From assembly GCA_009914755.4 (NCBI GenBank), contig CP068257.2:34848001-34912000 (forward strand): a stretch of DNA of 64,000 nucleotides. Reading direction: 5' to 3'. The translations under genes and the position numbers were made by a program. The notes beneath the pieces were generated by a model. The model searched no databases. It had not been told where the DNA came from and saw only the letters and a list, made by a program, of their open reading frames with translations. The number at the start of each line of letters is the position of its first letter. The stretch's first letter is position 1. This document shows positions 1 through 13,400 of the stretch, one piece after another. Origin of the DNA: the human T2T-CHM13v2.0 reference genome, Homo sapiens.

Positions 1-739
1 ACGTGTGCTATAAGGATTTGCTAATTTAAGAAGTGAGTGTTAATGAGCCCCCAACTCCCAGACACAAGCTCCCCAACCTGCTTTCCTTCTTCCTTACCAG
101 CAGCTGCTACTGGCATTAGGTAATAATTCAACTTCCCCGCAACTACTTTTCACTTTGGGGCCTTTCAAGGGAAAAACAACTTTAACTGAACGCATCTCCC
201 TGGAAGCCACATAAAATTCCTCCGTGATGCTCCGGAAGCGCCCTGCCCTGCAGGGCTGTTTGTATAGGAAGGAACTAGCCCAAGCCTGGCCTCCCAGGGG
301 GAGCAGCCCATGCAGGGCTGAACTGGTGTTCACCTGTGGGCTACCATTTTCCTGCAGCCACGTGTGTGCATGTGGGAAGATTTGCTAGAGAGATACGGAT
401 CCAAAACAAATAGGGTTCCAAGCATCAAGCTCTAGAAAGCCCTCGACAGGCTGAGTAGTGGTGGGAAGGCAGAATCTAACAAGATGTGTTAGAGGATCAG
501 TACTGGGTCCTGCATTTGGGTTCACAAAACCCCAAAAGTACAATCCTGGGTGGGGAGTATGTGGCTTAGCTGCACCTGAGAGCAGGATTTAGGGCTGAGT
601 TTCCCAACGACAGCATCTTGGAATGCTGCATTTGCAGGATGTCTTGTGTGGAGGACACAAATGTCAAATATGTTTAAGAAAACCTGCGTGACTGTAGGAC
701 TTCTCATAGCTGGAAACGTGTCAATGTGCATCGTGACTC

Positions 740-885
740 TCCCAGGAAATGTCTCATGGGCAGCATCCGCTAAACTTATTTGACTAGAGACACCCCCCTG
801 CACCCCCTTTACCAAAGAACAATTTGCAATGAAATCACTTTGGCACAATAACTTGGACTTGGCAATGGTGAGATAGAGTGGGTTG
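740..885 (+). repeat. Arm A of a ~150 bp inverted repeat; its partner lies at 2134-2290
   Basis: Its reverse-complement is ~85-90% identical to 2134-2290 (motifs ...gcagcatccgctaaacttatttgactagagacacc... and ctttaccaaagaa..aaatcactttggcaca..acttggac..aatggtgagatag). It ends exactly where the MaLR LTR begins. Confidence 0.7.
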
Positions 886-1262
886 CTGTATTAGTTTGTT
901 CTCATGCTGCTATGAAGAACTGCCCGAGACGGGTAATTTATAAAGGAAAGAGGTTTAATTGACTCACAGTTCCGCAGGACTGGGGAGGCCTCAGGAAACT
1001 TACAATCCTGGCAGAAGGTGAAGCAAACACATCCTCTTTACATGGCAGCAGGAAGGAGAAGAATGAGGGCTGAGCCGAGGGTGAGGCCCCTTATAAAACC
1101 ATCAGATCTCATGAGAACTTACTCACTATCATGAGAATAGCATGGTGGAAACCACCGACATGATTCAATTACCTCCCACTGAGTCCCTCCCCACGACACG
1201 TGGGGATTATGGGAACTACAATTCAAGATGAGATTTGGATGGGGACACAGACAAACCATATC
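886..1262 (-). mobile_element. ERVL-MaLR LTR (THE1/MST family), reverse orientation
   Basis: Starts ctgtattagtttgttctca...gggtaatttataaaggaaagaggtttaat and ends ...gagatttggatggggacacagacaaaccatatca. This is the reverse complement of the THE1/MST LTR consensus (tgatatggtttgg...taatacag). Confidence 0.8.
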
Positions 1263-1760
1263 ATTCTGCCCTGGCCCCTCTCAAATCTCATGTCCTCACA
1301 TTTCAAAACACAATCATGTCCTTCCAACAGTCCCCCAAGGACTTAACTCATTCCAGCATTAACTCAAAAGTCCAAGTCCAAAGTCTCGTTTGAGACAAGG
1401 CAAGTCCCTTCTGCCTATGAATCTACAACATCAAAAGCAAATTAGTTACTTCCTAGATAGAATGGGGGTACAGGCATTAGGTAAATACCCCTATTCCAAA
1501 TGAGAGAAATTGACCAAAACAAAGAGGCTACAGGCCCCATGCAAGTTCGAAATCCAATAGGGCAGTCATTAAACCTTAGAGTTTTGGTCGACTTCATCCC
1601 CAGCAGAGAGAGTATCAGAAAACGACAGAGCGGTAAAGAATTTTGAAAATCTGTGAAAGGCAATTGTGAAATGCTAGAGCTGCTATAGGCCCTTCCAACT
1701 GGCTCTGGTTTCAGGATCACCAGCTCTGAAGGGAGGGGGTTTTTCTGTGTGTGTCCATAT
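1263..1760 (-). mobile_element. MaLR internal region (THE1-int/MST-int-like) next to the LTR; it may extend to ~2133
   Basis: Motifs tctcaaatctcatgtcctcacatttcaaaacacaatcatg...aactcaaaagtccaagtccaaagtctc...caaaagcaaattagttacttcctagata are typical of reverse-complemented THE1/MST internal sequence. Confidence 0.55.
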
Positions 1761-2133
1761 AAACTTTTATGTTGTCTCCCTCTGTTTTCTCTGAGCTATG
1801 TTTTTCTTTAAAAAAGCAGGGTTCTGGAGCACACAGTAGGGTGCCCTCATTTTGCTCACCTCCTGGCCCACCTGGACCCCAGCTGCGTCAACTTTGGCTC
1901 CAAATTAATCATCATTTCAACAGCAGTGGCCATGGGGATCGCCTGGCCAGGACTGAGGGGTGGACGTGTTGTTTACCAGCCTGCGTCTTGACTGCCTGGG
2001 GTCCCTCCCTGGGCATGTCTGTTTCATCCTTCACTTTGTCCTATCTTCAGAAGTCCTTTCTCTAGTTCTTCAGGGTGTGTGCTGGGGCCTCTGTCAGTCC
2101 AGGCTTCTTGGAGGGGTGCGGGGGTGGGACGAG

Positions 2134-2290
2134 GCCACCCTATCTCACCATTGGTCCAAGTGACTGTGCCAAAGTGATTTTACTGCAAGTTCTTCTTTGG
2201 TAAAGGCGGTGGTGGGGGGTGTCTCTAGTCAAATAAGTTTAATGGATGCTGCATATGAGACCAGGCTTCTTGGAGGGGTGCAGGGATGGG
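2134..2290 (-). repeat. Arm B of the inverted repeat (partner of 740-885). It includes a short local direct duplication of ccaggcttcttggaggggtgc at 2098 and 2262
   Basis: Reverse-complement alignment to 740-885; see arm A. Confidence 0.7.
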
Positions 2291-2895
2291 ATGGGTGGGG
2301 TGTTTGAGTCCCTTACTCTCCTTAACCCTCAGCAGTCTCACCTGCTACTGTCACCTCATCCCTTGCAAAATCAGCCCCTGTGATGAAAGCTTTCCTATGG
2401 ACACACATTGCTCCGTGGCCCTTGTCTACCCACCTTGGTGAAAGAAATGTCAGCCCCAGATGGGAGGGGTGGAGGACATCAGCGGGGAGCTGGGGCACAA
2501 GCCAGGTGTGTGGTGGAAGTTTCTTTACCCAGAACTGCCCTGAGCCCTACTGTGCAGGTAGAGAATTGGAGGATGTGGCCACCAGTGCCTTTTGCCTGCC
2601 ATGTGGTCTGAATGGCTCTCGAGATGTTTGGGAACGAGCCATTATATATGTTTGCCCTCAAATGCTCTGACATGATGTTGGGTCCATTATAGAAACAGCG
2701 TAAAACTTGATTTGCTTTCTGTAAACTTATTAGAGAAAAATGAAGTGCCACCTTCAAATGAACATAGTCATTGGCCCTTCAACGTTGATGTTCAGCCACT
2801 TCAGAAAATGTCTGGTTCAAAAACCTGAATGTCCTCACTGTCACCCCAACCAAATGGCCTCTTCATTACTGTTTAGCTATTTCATAAATGCTTTA

Positions 2896-3185
2896 GGCTG
2901 GAGATGGTGGCTCACACTTGTAATCCCAGCATTTTGGGAGGCTGAGGTGGGCAGATCACCTGAGGTCGGGAGTTTGAGACCAGCCTGGCCAACATGATGA
3001 AACCCCGTCTCTACTAAAAATACAAAAATTAGCCGGGTGTGGTGATGCATGCCTGTAATCCCAGCTACTTGGAGGCTGAGGGAGGAGAATCGCTTGAAGG
3101 TTGCAGTGAGCTAAGATTGCACCACTGTACTCTAGCCTGGGTGACAGAGTGAGACTCTGTCTCAAACAAAAGAAAATAAACAAAA
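2896..3185 (+). mobile_element. Alu SINE
   Basis: ggctggagatggtggctcacacttgtaatcccagcattttgggaggctgagg ... A-rich tail. Confidence 0.9.
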
Positions 3186-3259
3186 TCATAAATGCTTGAA
3201 TTTAGGAACTAAAAATAAACTCAGGGGAGATTTGGATTCATTTAGATAAGACATATTAG

Positions 3260-3742
<483 letters not shown>

Positions 3743-4744
3743 TAGGGATACTTTAGAGGGGCTATTTTTAGCACATCTTCTTACAGAAATATGTAAGAAT
3801 GATGAGAAAGCGATCAAGCAATACCTTGGAAAAACCACTTCATATTCATTTCACATGGGCTATACTGTGGGGTGTTGGCTCTAAAAATAATATTTTCTTC
3901 ATTACTATTCCAAACTTTCTGTAACTTTCCTTGGGTTATTTTTCAGACTGGCAGGCATCTAGATTTTAAATGTGTGAGGACTTTCTATACCATCCGCATA
4001 GAGTCTTTGATGCACTCTTTCCATGAGAGGCAGAGACGGGATACTTACGTGACTACGACTTATTACTATCATGATAGTTACTGCTTGCTATTGTTATTTA
4101 GGAAAACCAATGTGAAGTATCTTACTCAAAATCACACGGAAATGACACGTTCCATGAATTCCTCCTGTCTCTTTTGGATGAAGAAATAAAAATCTATTTT
4201 TTTATAACAAGAACTGATTCGAAGAAAAGTTTATGTGAATACAAATGAAAACCATGGATGCAGTTAAATGCTAACAGAGGCTATTTTCAACTCAGTAAGA
4301 TTGAATGACCTATTGATTTACCGAAAACTACAAACTTAAGTCACCATGACCACAAAAATTAAAACCCTTTCTGGAGGCATTATCTCTCTCATTTCAACTC
4401 ACCAAATTTCATTAGAATTCATTTAAAATGCAGTAGATCAACATTTAGAAATGAAATGAGTTTCATTTACTTAAATACATGAGTGCCTTTTCAGAGCGAT
4501 TTTTCCCGACAAGACAGTCAGGCAGGTTTGCTATGTTGCTGTTTTTGTTGTTGTTGTTTTTCATTTTTCAAGGTGCAGGTCATTAAAAACTTGTCATCTG
4601 AGATTAAAAAAAATACTAGAAAAGTAAAACAAAACAAAAACAAAAACAACAACAAAAAAACAATACCCCAAAAAACCCAGGTGGACATACAAACATTTCC
4701 TCAAGCCTTAGCTGATTGTTGGATGACTTATGGTTAAGTGTTCT

Positions 4745-5944
<1,200 letters not shown>

Positions 5945-6694
5945 TCAAGTGCAAACACAATCTATAGTAAGTAAGCCATATAGTAATCAAATGACTCAGC
6001 TTCTCCAGGCTTAAAAAGTGTGTGAATTCACTTAGCTCACAGAGAGTTTGGGGGGGCTCATGTCTCCAGCTTGTGTGCAATTGGCTGGGGTATAATTGGT
6101 GACTGACCTTTTCAGGCTGGGTGTCTGGTTTTCTTAAGTCAACATGTCTTGATTTCATAGAGCATAAAAGCCCCAAATTTGGGGCAGAGTCCAGATTTGA
6201 ATAAGGTGACTCAGAAGCCTGCTGAAGCTTTACCTTGGAAATCCAGCAGAGCCCACTAGGCTCCGCCTTTAGTCAGGACTTACAGCAAAATAGAAAAAGA
6301 AAGCAAACCCCAAACAAGCAATAGGACATTGTCACACCTGGCTGAAAACCTTCATGAATTAGACAACTATTCTGTGAATTTCGTAAGCCTCTGAAAATTA
6401 TTTACTTGAGAATTGAACTGGGGATAAACTGCAGTGGTTAAAATGTGTCAAATGAAAACATAAGGCTAAGATTTTCTAATGGTAAGGAAAATACTATTAA
6501 ACATGAGGTTTAAAACTCATTCTCTGTAAATTTAGCCTTTGAAGCCCAGGTGCTCCAAAGCAGTTAGTTGTTAATGATAAGAGTAAAAACAGTCATAGTT
6601 AAAGTTCCAGAGTGTTTATGATATGCCAAACATGTGCTAAGTGCTTCTGTGGGCATGCAATGAACTCTTAAACAAATCGCAATGCGCATTTTGC

Positions 6695-6790
6695 CATCTT
6701 TATTTACAGATAGGGAAACTGAAGTGTAGAAAGGTTACATAACTTGTCCAAGGTTACGTCTGGGCTGAATTAGGGAGACCAAACAGGAGG
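6695..6790 (+). mobile_element. MIR SINE fragment
   Basis: tttacagatagggaaactgaagtgtagaaaggttacataacttgtccaaggttac matches the MIR core (ttacagatgaggaaactgaggc.cagagaggttaagtgacttgcccaaggtcac). Confidence 0.6.
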
Positions 6791-7230
6791 TTCTTGTGAT
6801 CTTTCAGGTAAGAGATGCCAGGAGGCCGAGCCAAGGTGGTGGAAATAAAGGTGGGTGCCAGGAAGAGGTCAGTTTCTATATTCAGGTGAGGCTAGCGGGA
6901 TGTGCTGATGGTTTAGCTGCGGGGTGTGAGACACAGGTGCCTAAGGTTATTGTCTTGGGCAACTGGAGGAATGGAGTTGCCACTTATTGAGAGCTTGAAG
7001 AGGGTTGGAGATCTGGGTTTGGAGGATGTGATGATCAATTTTTTGTGTCAACTTGGCTGGGCCATGGGGTGCCCAGATATATGATTGAACACTATTCTTC
7101 ATGTTTCTGTGAAGTTAGTCCTTGGACAAGGTTAACATTGAAAGCAGATTGCCCTCCATAGTGTGGGTGGGCCACACCCAGTCAGGTGAAGGCCAGACTG
7201 GAACCAGAAAAAACTGGTGTCTCCATCAGC

Positions 7231-7567
7231 TCAGGCTGCCACAACAAAATACCACAGACTTGCTGGATTAAGCCACAGAAATTAATTTTCTCACAATTCC
7301 GGAGGCTGGAAAGTCCAAGACCAAGGTTCTGGCTGCTTGGGTTCCTGGTGGAAATTCACCTGACGTCTTCTTTGCATGCAGGCAGAGGAAATCTTTCTCT
7401 CTTTCCCTTCTTTTTAGAGCACGAATCTCATTGTGAGGGCACCCACCCTCATGACCTCATTGAACCCTAATGACCTCCCAAATGTCCCGTCTCCAAATAC
7501 TATCACATCGGGGCTTAGGGCTCCAACATAGGAATTTTGGGAGAATGCAAATGTTTAGTCCATAACA
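7231..7567 (-). mobile_element. MLT1-type MaLR LTR fragment nested in the outer LTR
   Basis: ggctgccacaacaaaataccacagacttgctggattaagccacagaaattaattttctcacaattccggaggctggaaagtccaagaccaagg is the reverse complement of the MLT1 3' end. Confidence 0.7.
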
Positions 7568-7726
7568 TGCAGCTTCACCTGAGCAAGAAACTCTCTCCAA
7601 CAGACTGTGTTTGACCTTTATTTCCAACATCAGCCCTTCTCAGCTCTATAGCAGGCTGCCTTCCAACTGAAACTGCAGTGTCCGTGATCCTGGGTCTCCA
7701 AACTGCTAGCCCACCCTGCAGAATTT

Positions 7727-7988
7727 CATTTTATAGATGGGCTCTTGCTATATTGCCCAGGCTGGTCTTGATCTCTCAGGCTCAAGTGATCCTCCCACCT
7801 CAGCTTCCTGAGTAGCTGGGACTACAGGCATGTGCCATCACACTTGGCTAATTTCTAAAAATGTTTTATAGAGATGGAGGTCCCACTATGTTGCCCAGCC
7901 TGGTCTTGAACTCCTGGGCTTAAGCAATCCTCCAACCTTGGCCTCCCAAGGCTGTTGGAATTACAGGTGTGAGCCACTGTGCCTGGCC
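7727..7988 (-). mobile_element. Alu SINE (older, AluJ-like) with target-site duplication (TSD) ccaccctgcaga(a/t)tt
   Basis: Alu body ...gcccaggctggtcttga...gtgagccactgtgcctggcc. Flanked by ccaccctgcagaattt at 7711 and ccaccctgcagatttt at 7989. Confidence 0.85.
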
Positions 7989-10019
7989 CACCCTGCAGAT
8001 TTTGGACTTGCCAGCCTTGAGAATCATGCAAGCCAATTCCTTAGAATAAATAGATCTCTTTCTATATAAATGCATATTCGATTGGCTCTGTTTCTCTGGA
8101 GAACTCTGACTGATACAGAGGATGAAGGGCAGAAGAGAGGAATTTTCTTTTGGACTTGTTCAGTTTGAGATGTCTGTGCCTACCCACCTGGGGATAACCA
8201 TGGTTGCATATGTAAGTGCAGGGTTCAGGGAGGGACTGAACTGGAGAAGTCTGTTTGTGTCACCACCGCATGGAGATGGGATTAAAATATGGGATGGAGT
8301 CTCTTAGGAGGGAACGTTAGATAGAGAGGAGCAGGGGCTCCAGGGCTGATTCTAGGAACCCTCCAACATCAGGGGAGGGATGAGGATAGAGGTAGGAAGA
8401 GGAGCCAGCCACGGGCTGTAGGAATGGGCGATAGTGAACGGTCAACCCAGAGGAGACTGGTGAGGGAGGACAGAGCTCCATGTTGGAGAGAGCAATCTAC
8501 TCTGTCAAGTCAAGTAATCTGATAAATCAAGTCATCTGAGCACTGAGAAGTGGTCACTGGATTAGCAACATGAAGGAAATTGGAGACCTTGATAAGCTCA
8601 GTTTCGGCGGAGTTGATTGGAGTGGGTTCAAGAGAGAATAGGGACAGAGGGACAGGAGGGAATGAGCCCAGAGAATTCTTTCAGGAACTTGGACCCTCCA
8701 GGGGAATCAGGAAATGAGGCAACAGTTTTAGGATGGGTTCCAGGGCCCATAGACCTCAGGATATCTGTCAACTCAGCCAGGAAAAAAAGTGACATCTTCT
8801 ATTTCATCTACCTCTCACTGACAATTAGCATTTCCTTCAATCCTGAATGTAGGCAGCCACCTACAGCAATATGACCAGTGCCTGTGCCTTAATCAGCAAT
8901 AGAGACCATGATATTTTGCATCGCATTACAGGCGTTGCAGATACCTGCAAAGGACATTTATCACTCTAACAATTTCAAATGATACTTATAAGATGCTTGC
9001 TAGACCTCATGATGTAATGCATTAATAAGGAAGGTCGTCCATTACTAGGAACAGAATTGCACTAAAATATTTTGATAACTATGTTTTACTATAATTCACT
9101 TCCTTTATAATCCTGCATGTTATGTGTTATATTACACATTTAAAAGTATTGTGCTGAGAAGAATACATCAGCTTCGCCAGATTGCCAAAGGAATCCCAGG
9201 CAATCCCCATCCCGCCACCCAGAACAACACCGATAACAAAAAACTAAACCAAAAGAGTTAGAAACCTCTGCCAGTGGGATGTGTAGGCAAGAGAGGACCC
9301 TTGTTTTGCTGTTGTTTTGAAGATGAGAGGCATGGAAGCATGTTTGCATGCCTGAGGAAATGGTTCAGCGAGGAGGGAAACATCTGTAGGGGCAGTAGGG
9401 ATCCTGTGTGCACATGGAGAGACCAGCTCTGACCAGCATGCAGAGAACTCACTCCAGAACGGGAGGGGAGGCGGGAGCAGGAGGCTGGGGGAGATGTCAG
9501 TGGGCAATAACGCATGTTCTGAGTTTGCTCCAAGTTTCTCAGGGAAATAAGAAGCAACATGATGTCTTGAGACAGGAGATGGGGGAGGAGGTGCGGGAGG
9601 CTTGAGCACAGAGGAGGAGACCATGGTCATCCAGGAGAATGACCGCAGGCCTGGACCAAGTCAAGGGGTCAAGTGCTAGTCAGTGCCGGGTGCAGGTGGG
9701 GCAAGTGGTCCTGCGGGTACCATAGACTATCACGCCGGACAGCCTTTCCCAGCACCATCAACTGCACTGCGAGGGTCCCAAGTGGACAAAGGGCTGGACT
9801 GGACCTGGTGGGGATTTTCCTAGGGGAAAATGATGAAGGCAGACAGCCAAGGGAAATATGCGTGCACACAAAGGTGTGAACATCATGGCGGGCCGTGGCG
9901 TCAAAGCTGGGATGGAGGGACATTGAGGACAATAGAGAAGGTCTGTTCATCGTGGAGAAGTCACCTGGATCAGTGGCTCTCCACCCTCCTGCTGTAGCCG
10001 CAGCCCTTGGAGAGCTTTA

Positions 10020-10140
10020 AAAAGATCCGGATGCCCTGGCTACCTCCAGAGATTCTGATTCGCTGACTGGGGTGGGGTCCATGCATGGGAATTTTCGAGC
10101 TCCTCTCCCCCACCCGGTGATTCTGATGTGCAGGCAGGTT
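10020..10140. repeat. Ancient interspersed repeat (MER5-like hAT-type?); a related copy is at ~33640-33760
   Basis: ctccagagattctgattcgctgactggggtggggtccatgcatgggaattttcgagctcc...ggtgattctgatgtgcaggcaggtttgagaaccaatgg resembles the common 'gattctgattcagtaggtctggggtgggg...gagaaccactg' repeat. Confidence 0.35.
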
Positions 10141-10165
10141 TGAGAACCAATGGCTTATTTATTTC

Positions 10166-10317
10166 ATTAAAAATTATTTTTCACTCTGTTGGCCAGGCTG
10201 GAGTGCAGTGGCACAATCACGGCTCCCTGCGGCCTTGACCTCCTGAGCTCAAGTGATCCTCCCGCCTCAGCCTTCCGAGTAGCTGGAACTTCAGGTGTGA
10301 GCCACTGCACCCAGCCC
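10166..10317 (-). mobile_element. Partial Alu
   Basis: tttttcactctgttggccaggctggagtgcagtggcacaatcacggctccctgc...gtgtgagccactgcacccagcc. Confidence 0.75.
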
Positions 10318-10337
10318 CGCTGGCTTCATTGATTTAA

Positions 10338-10575
10338 CTTTTTTTATTTTATTTTATTTTATTTTTTTGAGACAGAGTCTTGCTCTGTCACCCAGGCTGG
10401 AGCACAGTAGGATTACAGGTGCACGCCACCACACCCAGCTAATTTTTGTATTTTTAGTAGAGACGGGGTTTCACTCCGTCTAGGCTGGTCTCAAACTCCC
10501 GACTTCAAATGATCTGCCCTCCTCGGCATCCCAAAGTGCTGGGATTACAGGCATGAGCCACCACCGTACCTGGCC
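10338..10575 (-). mobile_element. Alu SINE with an internal deletion
   Basis: (ttta)n tttgagacagagtcttgctctgtcacccaggctggagcacagtagg...gcatgagccaccaccgtacctggcc. Confidence 0.85.
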
Positions 10576-11055
10576 TGATGTAACTTTTAAAGGTCCTATT
10601 AGGAGCTTTAAAGAGTCCAAAACGGTTTAACAGAGAGTCATAGTTCAGATGTCTGTTCTGCTGGGCCTGCCTGCTGAGTGCAGGCTCTCTTTGGGATCTC
10701 CTGAGATGGAGACAGGTGTCTCTGGCCTGTCCCTGGAATATTGTCTCACCTACCCATAAGGCTAGGCTCTCCCACTCCCTTCGCTTGAAATCCTCTTCTC
10801 CAGCTACAATCTTACCTTCCCTCCTGTGGCCCTGCACCCTTGCCTTCTGCCATCTAGAAAAAGTGGTTGGGGGGGTGGTTCTTTATTTATCTTGCTGCCT
10901 TCTGGCTCTTACCTTCCCAGAGCCCCACGGAAGCCTGTTCTTACAACCTGGGTCCTCTTCCTGGGACCCCAGCCCACTGTGGGCACTGAGCCTCCCTCAT
11001 TGTTAATCTTGGCCAAGAAGTTACCCCACAGGCATTTATATTTTAATGGATGACT

Positions 11056-11351
11056 ATTTTTTTTTTTTTTTGAGTCAGAGTCTCACTTTGTCACCCAGGC
11101 CGGAGCGCGGTGGTGCGATCTCAGCTCACTGCAACCTCCGCCTCCCAGGTTCAAGTGATTCTCCTGCCTCAGCCTCCTGAGTAGCTGGGATTACAGGCGC
11201 CTGCTACCATGTCTGGCTAATTTTTGTATTTTTAGTAGAGACCAGGTTTCACCATGTTGGTCAGGCTGGTCTCGAACTCCTGACCTCATGATCCACCCGC
11301 CTTGGACTCCCAAAGTGCTGGGATTGTAGGCGTGAGCCACTGCCCTCGGCC
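11056..11351 (-). mobile_element. Alu SINE with TSD atggatgac
   Basis: Poly-T, then gagtcagagtctcactttgtcacccaggccggagcgcggtggtgcgatc...ggcgtgagccactgccctcggcc. Flanks are atggatgact and atggatgacc. Confidence 0.9.
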
Positions 11352-13254
11352 CATGGATGACCTTTGAAAACAAATCTCCTCCTGGCCCAGGCCCCAAAGC
11401 ATACACTCACAGTGGTGAGAATGATTGGGTGAGTCTTCCAGAAAAGCCTGTGATAGTTTGATATAAAGACATTTAGAATTAATTGGGTCAGGTATGAGAT
11501 TTCAGATTGCAGAAATCCTTGTGTAAGCAAAGGCCTTGCAGCTAAAGTAGTGCATGGCAGGTGTGGCTTAGCCTTTAGACATACACACAGTGGCCAGATT
11601 GTGCATTTGCTCTGAAGAGTACCAGGCCCTGTAGGTTACCTTTGCCTGCTCTCAGGACTTGCTAGATAATTTGCAGAACCCAGTGCAAAATGAAAATACA
11701 GAACCCCTTGTTCAGAAATTATTAAGAATGTCAAGATGGCGTCTGCAGAACATCAAGCCAAGTGCAAGCCTGTCTGAGCACGGGGCTCCCTGTAACTGCA
11801 CAGATCATGTGCCTGTGAAGCTGTCCCTGCCTGCTATGGACATGCTGGGAACTGGACATTGGGATTTTCCCCCCTTAAAACAATGAGTGCATTGAGTTAG
11901 AATGTTGAAAGGAACAGAGACGCTCTTGCAGTGTTCTGTAGAATCGAAAATATGGTTTCATATGTTTACTTTACCTTCATTTAAGTGTAGCCCTGATGCC
12001 TCTGCGAATATCTGCCATGGAAGAGCCTTTTAAAAACAAAGCTCTTGCTGGTCTCCAGTGCCCAAGAGTGGCCGCCAGTGGAAACAGACCTGGTGTTCTA
12101 AATCTCAGTTTTTGTTTCTTTCTTCTTCCAAGAAAGCTGTAGATGAGCATGTGCACTTCCAGGCCTAGAAGGGAACAGCTGCCTCTGGGTGGCTCGCCTC
12201 TTTGCACAAGGGGCTCAGCTCAGAGCTTCCCCTAAGCCTGGCAGGTCCCCCCGACACTTCTCTTGGGAATGAAGTGGACAAAGTGAGTGAATGAGCCTCA
12301 GCTTCTCCTGTCTTTTTATAGAGTCACCCGACAGGGAGAGATAAAGGAGGTGGTAGCAGCTTAGGCCCAGGAGCCCTCTCAGCAAATGGCCCAGAGTAGA
12401 AAATTCCCCACACTATGTTGCTGTTGGTCACCCGGTGAAAAGTCCCTGGCCCTGGCAGCCACTTGTCCTGCAAATGGTGCGAGTGAAGAATCCACAGATT
12501 AGCTGGAAGGAGGAACGTTTGAGTTTGAAAACGCCAAGAATCATTCCTGAACTGGCAAGGCTGGCCACCTGCGTTTTAAAAACACATTGGCACTAGCCTT
12601 GAAAACAGACTTTTAGACTTCTTACTCTGCGTAATGAAAGATCTTTTCTGATATATAGGCAACAGAATGATTTTTTTAAAAACAATAATGGACATATTCC
12701 ATTTTATTGATCTTTACCTAAAAACTAAAAACTAACTGGAAAACAGGAAATATTTAATAGTGACATTTTCATAGCACCAAAGGAAGAATCTACGTGTCTT
12801 CCTTTTTATAGATTTTTCTGTAGATGTCTTAAGAAGCATTGAACCCTTTATACAGATGGGTAAATAAAACACAGTAAGCTTGAGATATGCAAATCAGATT
12901 GGAGCCAGATAAGGATGGGGGCTGGCGCTGGCTTCAATTCTGACTAATCTTGGGCAAGCTGCTCAGCCTATTACTCACTGTCTACACAGGAATGACTGTC
13001 TACATAGGAATAGCTCCTCTGCAGAGACATCTAGAAGATGCTGAGATAATATATGTAAAAACTGACAAGCCCTTTGGGACAGATACCAGCAAATGCAAGG
13101 CGTATGCTATGGAAGTTTTATCATCCTAACAGATAAGCCCGTCCCCAACTCCAGTGAGTGACTGAGAGACACGGGCATGAACGCTGAGCTCAGATGACAG
13201 CATCTTTTCACAGCAGACCTGGGCCCAGCCCCTGGAAGCACACGATGATGAACT

Positions 13255-13400
13255 GTCCTCTGGTTTCCCAAGACTTCAAAAATGAAACCCAGTGATCAAG
13301 AGATGTTTGGCTTTGAACACTGCGGGAATTAAAGCCAGCACCCAGTTAAAGCCAGTGAGGACAGCACTCCAAGGTTTGGGGACGGTCTCAGGACACTAAT
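13255..13400 (+). repeat. Copy 1 of a diverged low-copy direct repeat (partner at 15115-15270)
   Basis: gatcaagagatgtttggctttgaacactgcgggaat...gccagcacccag...ctccaaggtttggggacggtctcaggacactaatcctggttccttttctattttg is ~80% identical to the partner, with indels. Confidence 0.6.

Larger units (their letters stand above)
6990..8118 (+). mobile_element. Old LTR-type repeat (ERVL/MLT2-like; family uncertain), interrupted by a nested MLT1 and an Alu
   Basis: Termini tgtgatgatc...ctgtttctctggagaactctgactgatacag and motif gtgggtgggccacacccagtcaggtgaagg. The same family occurs at 51790-52270. Confidence 0.45.
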
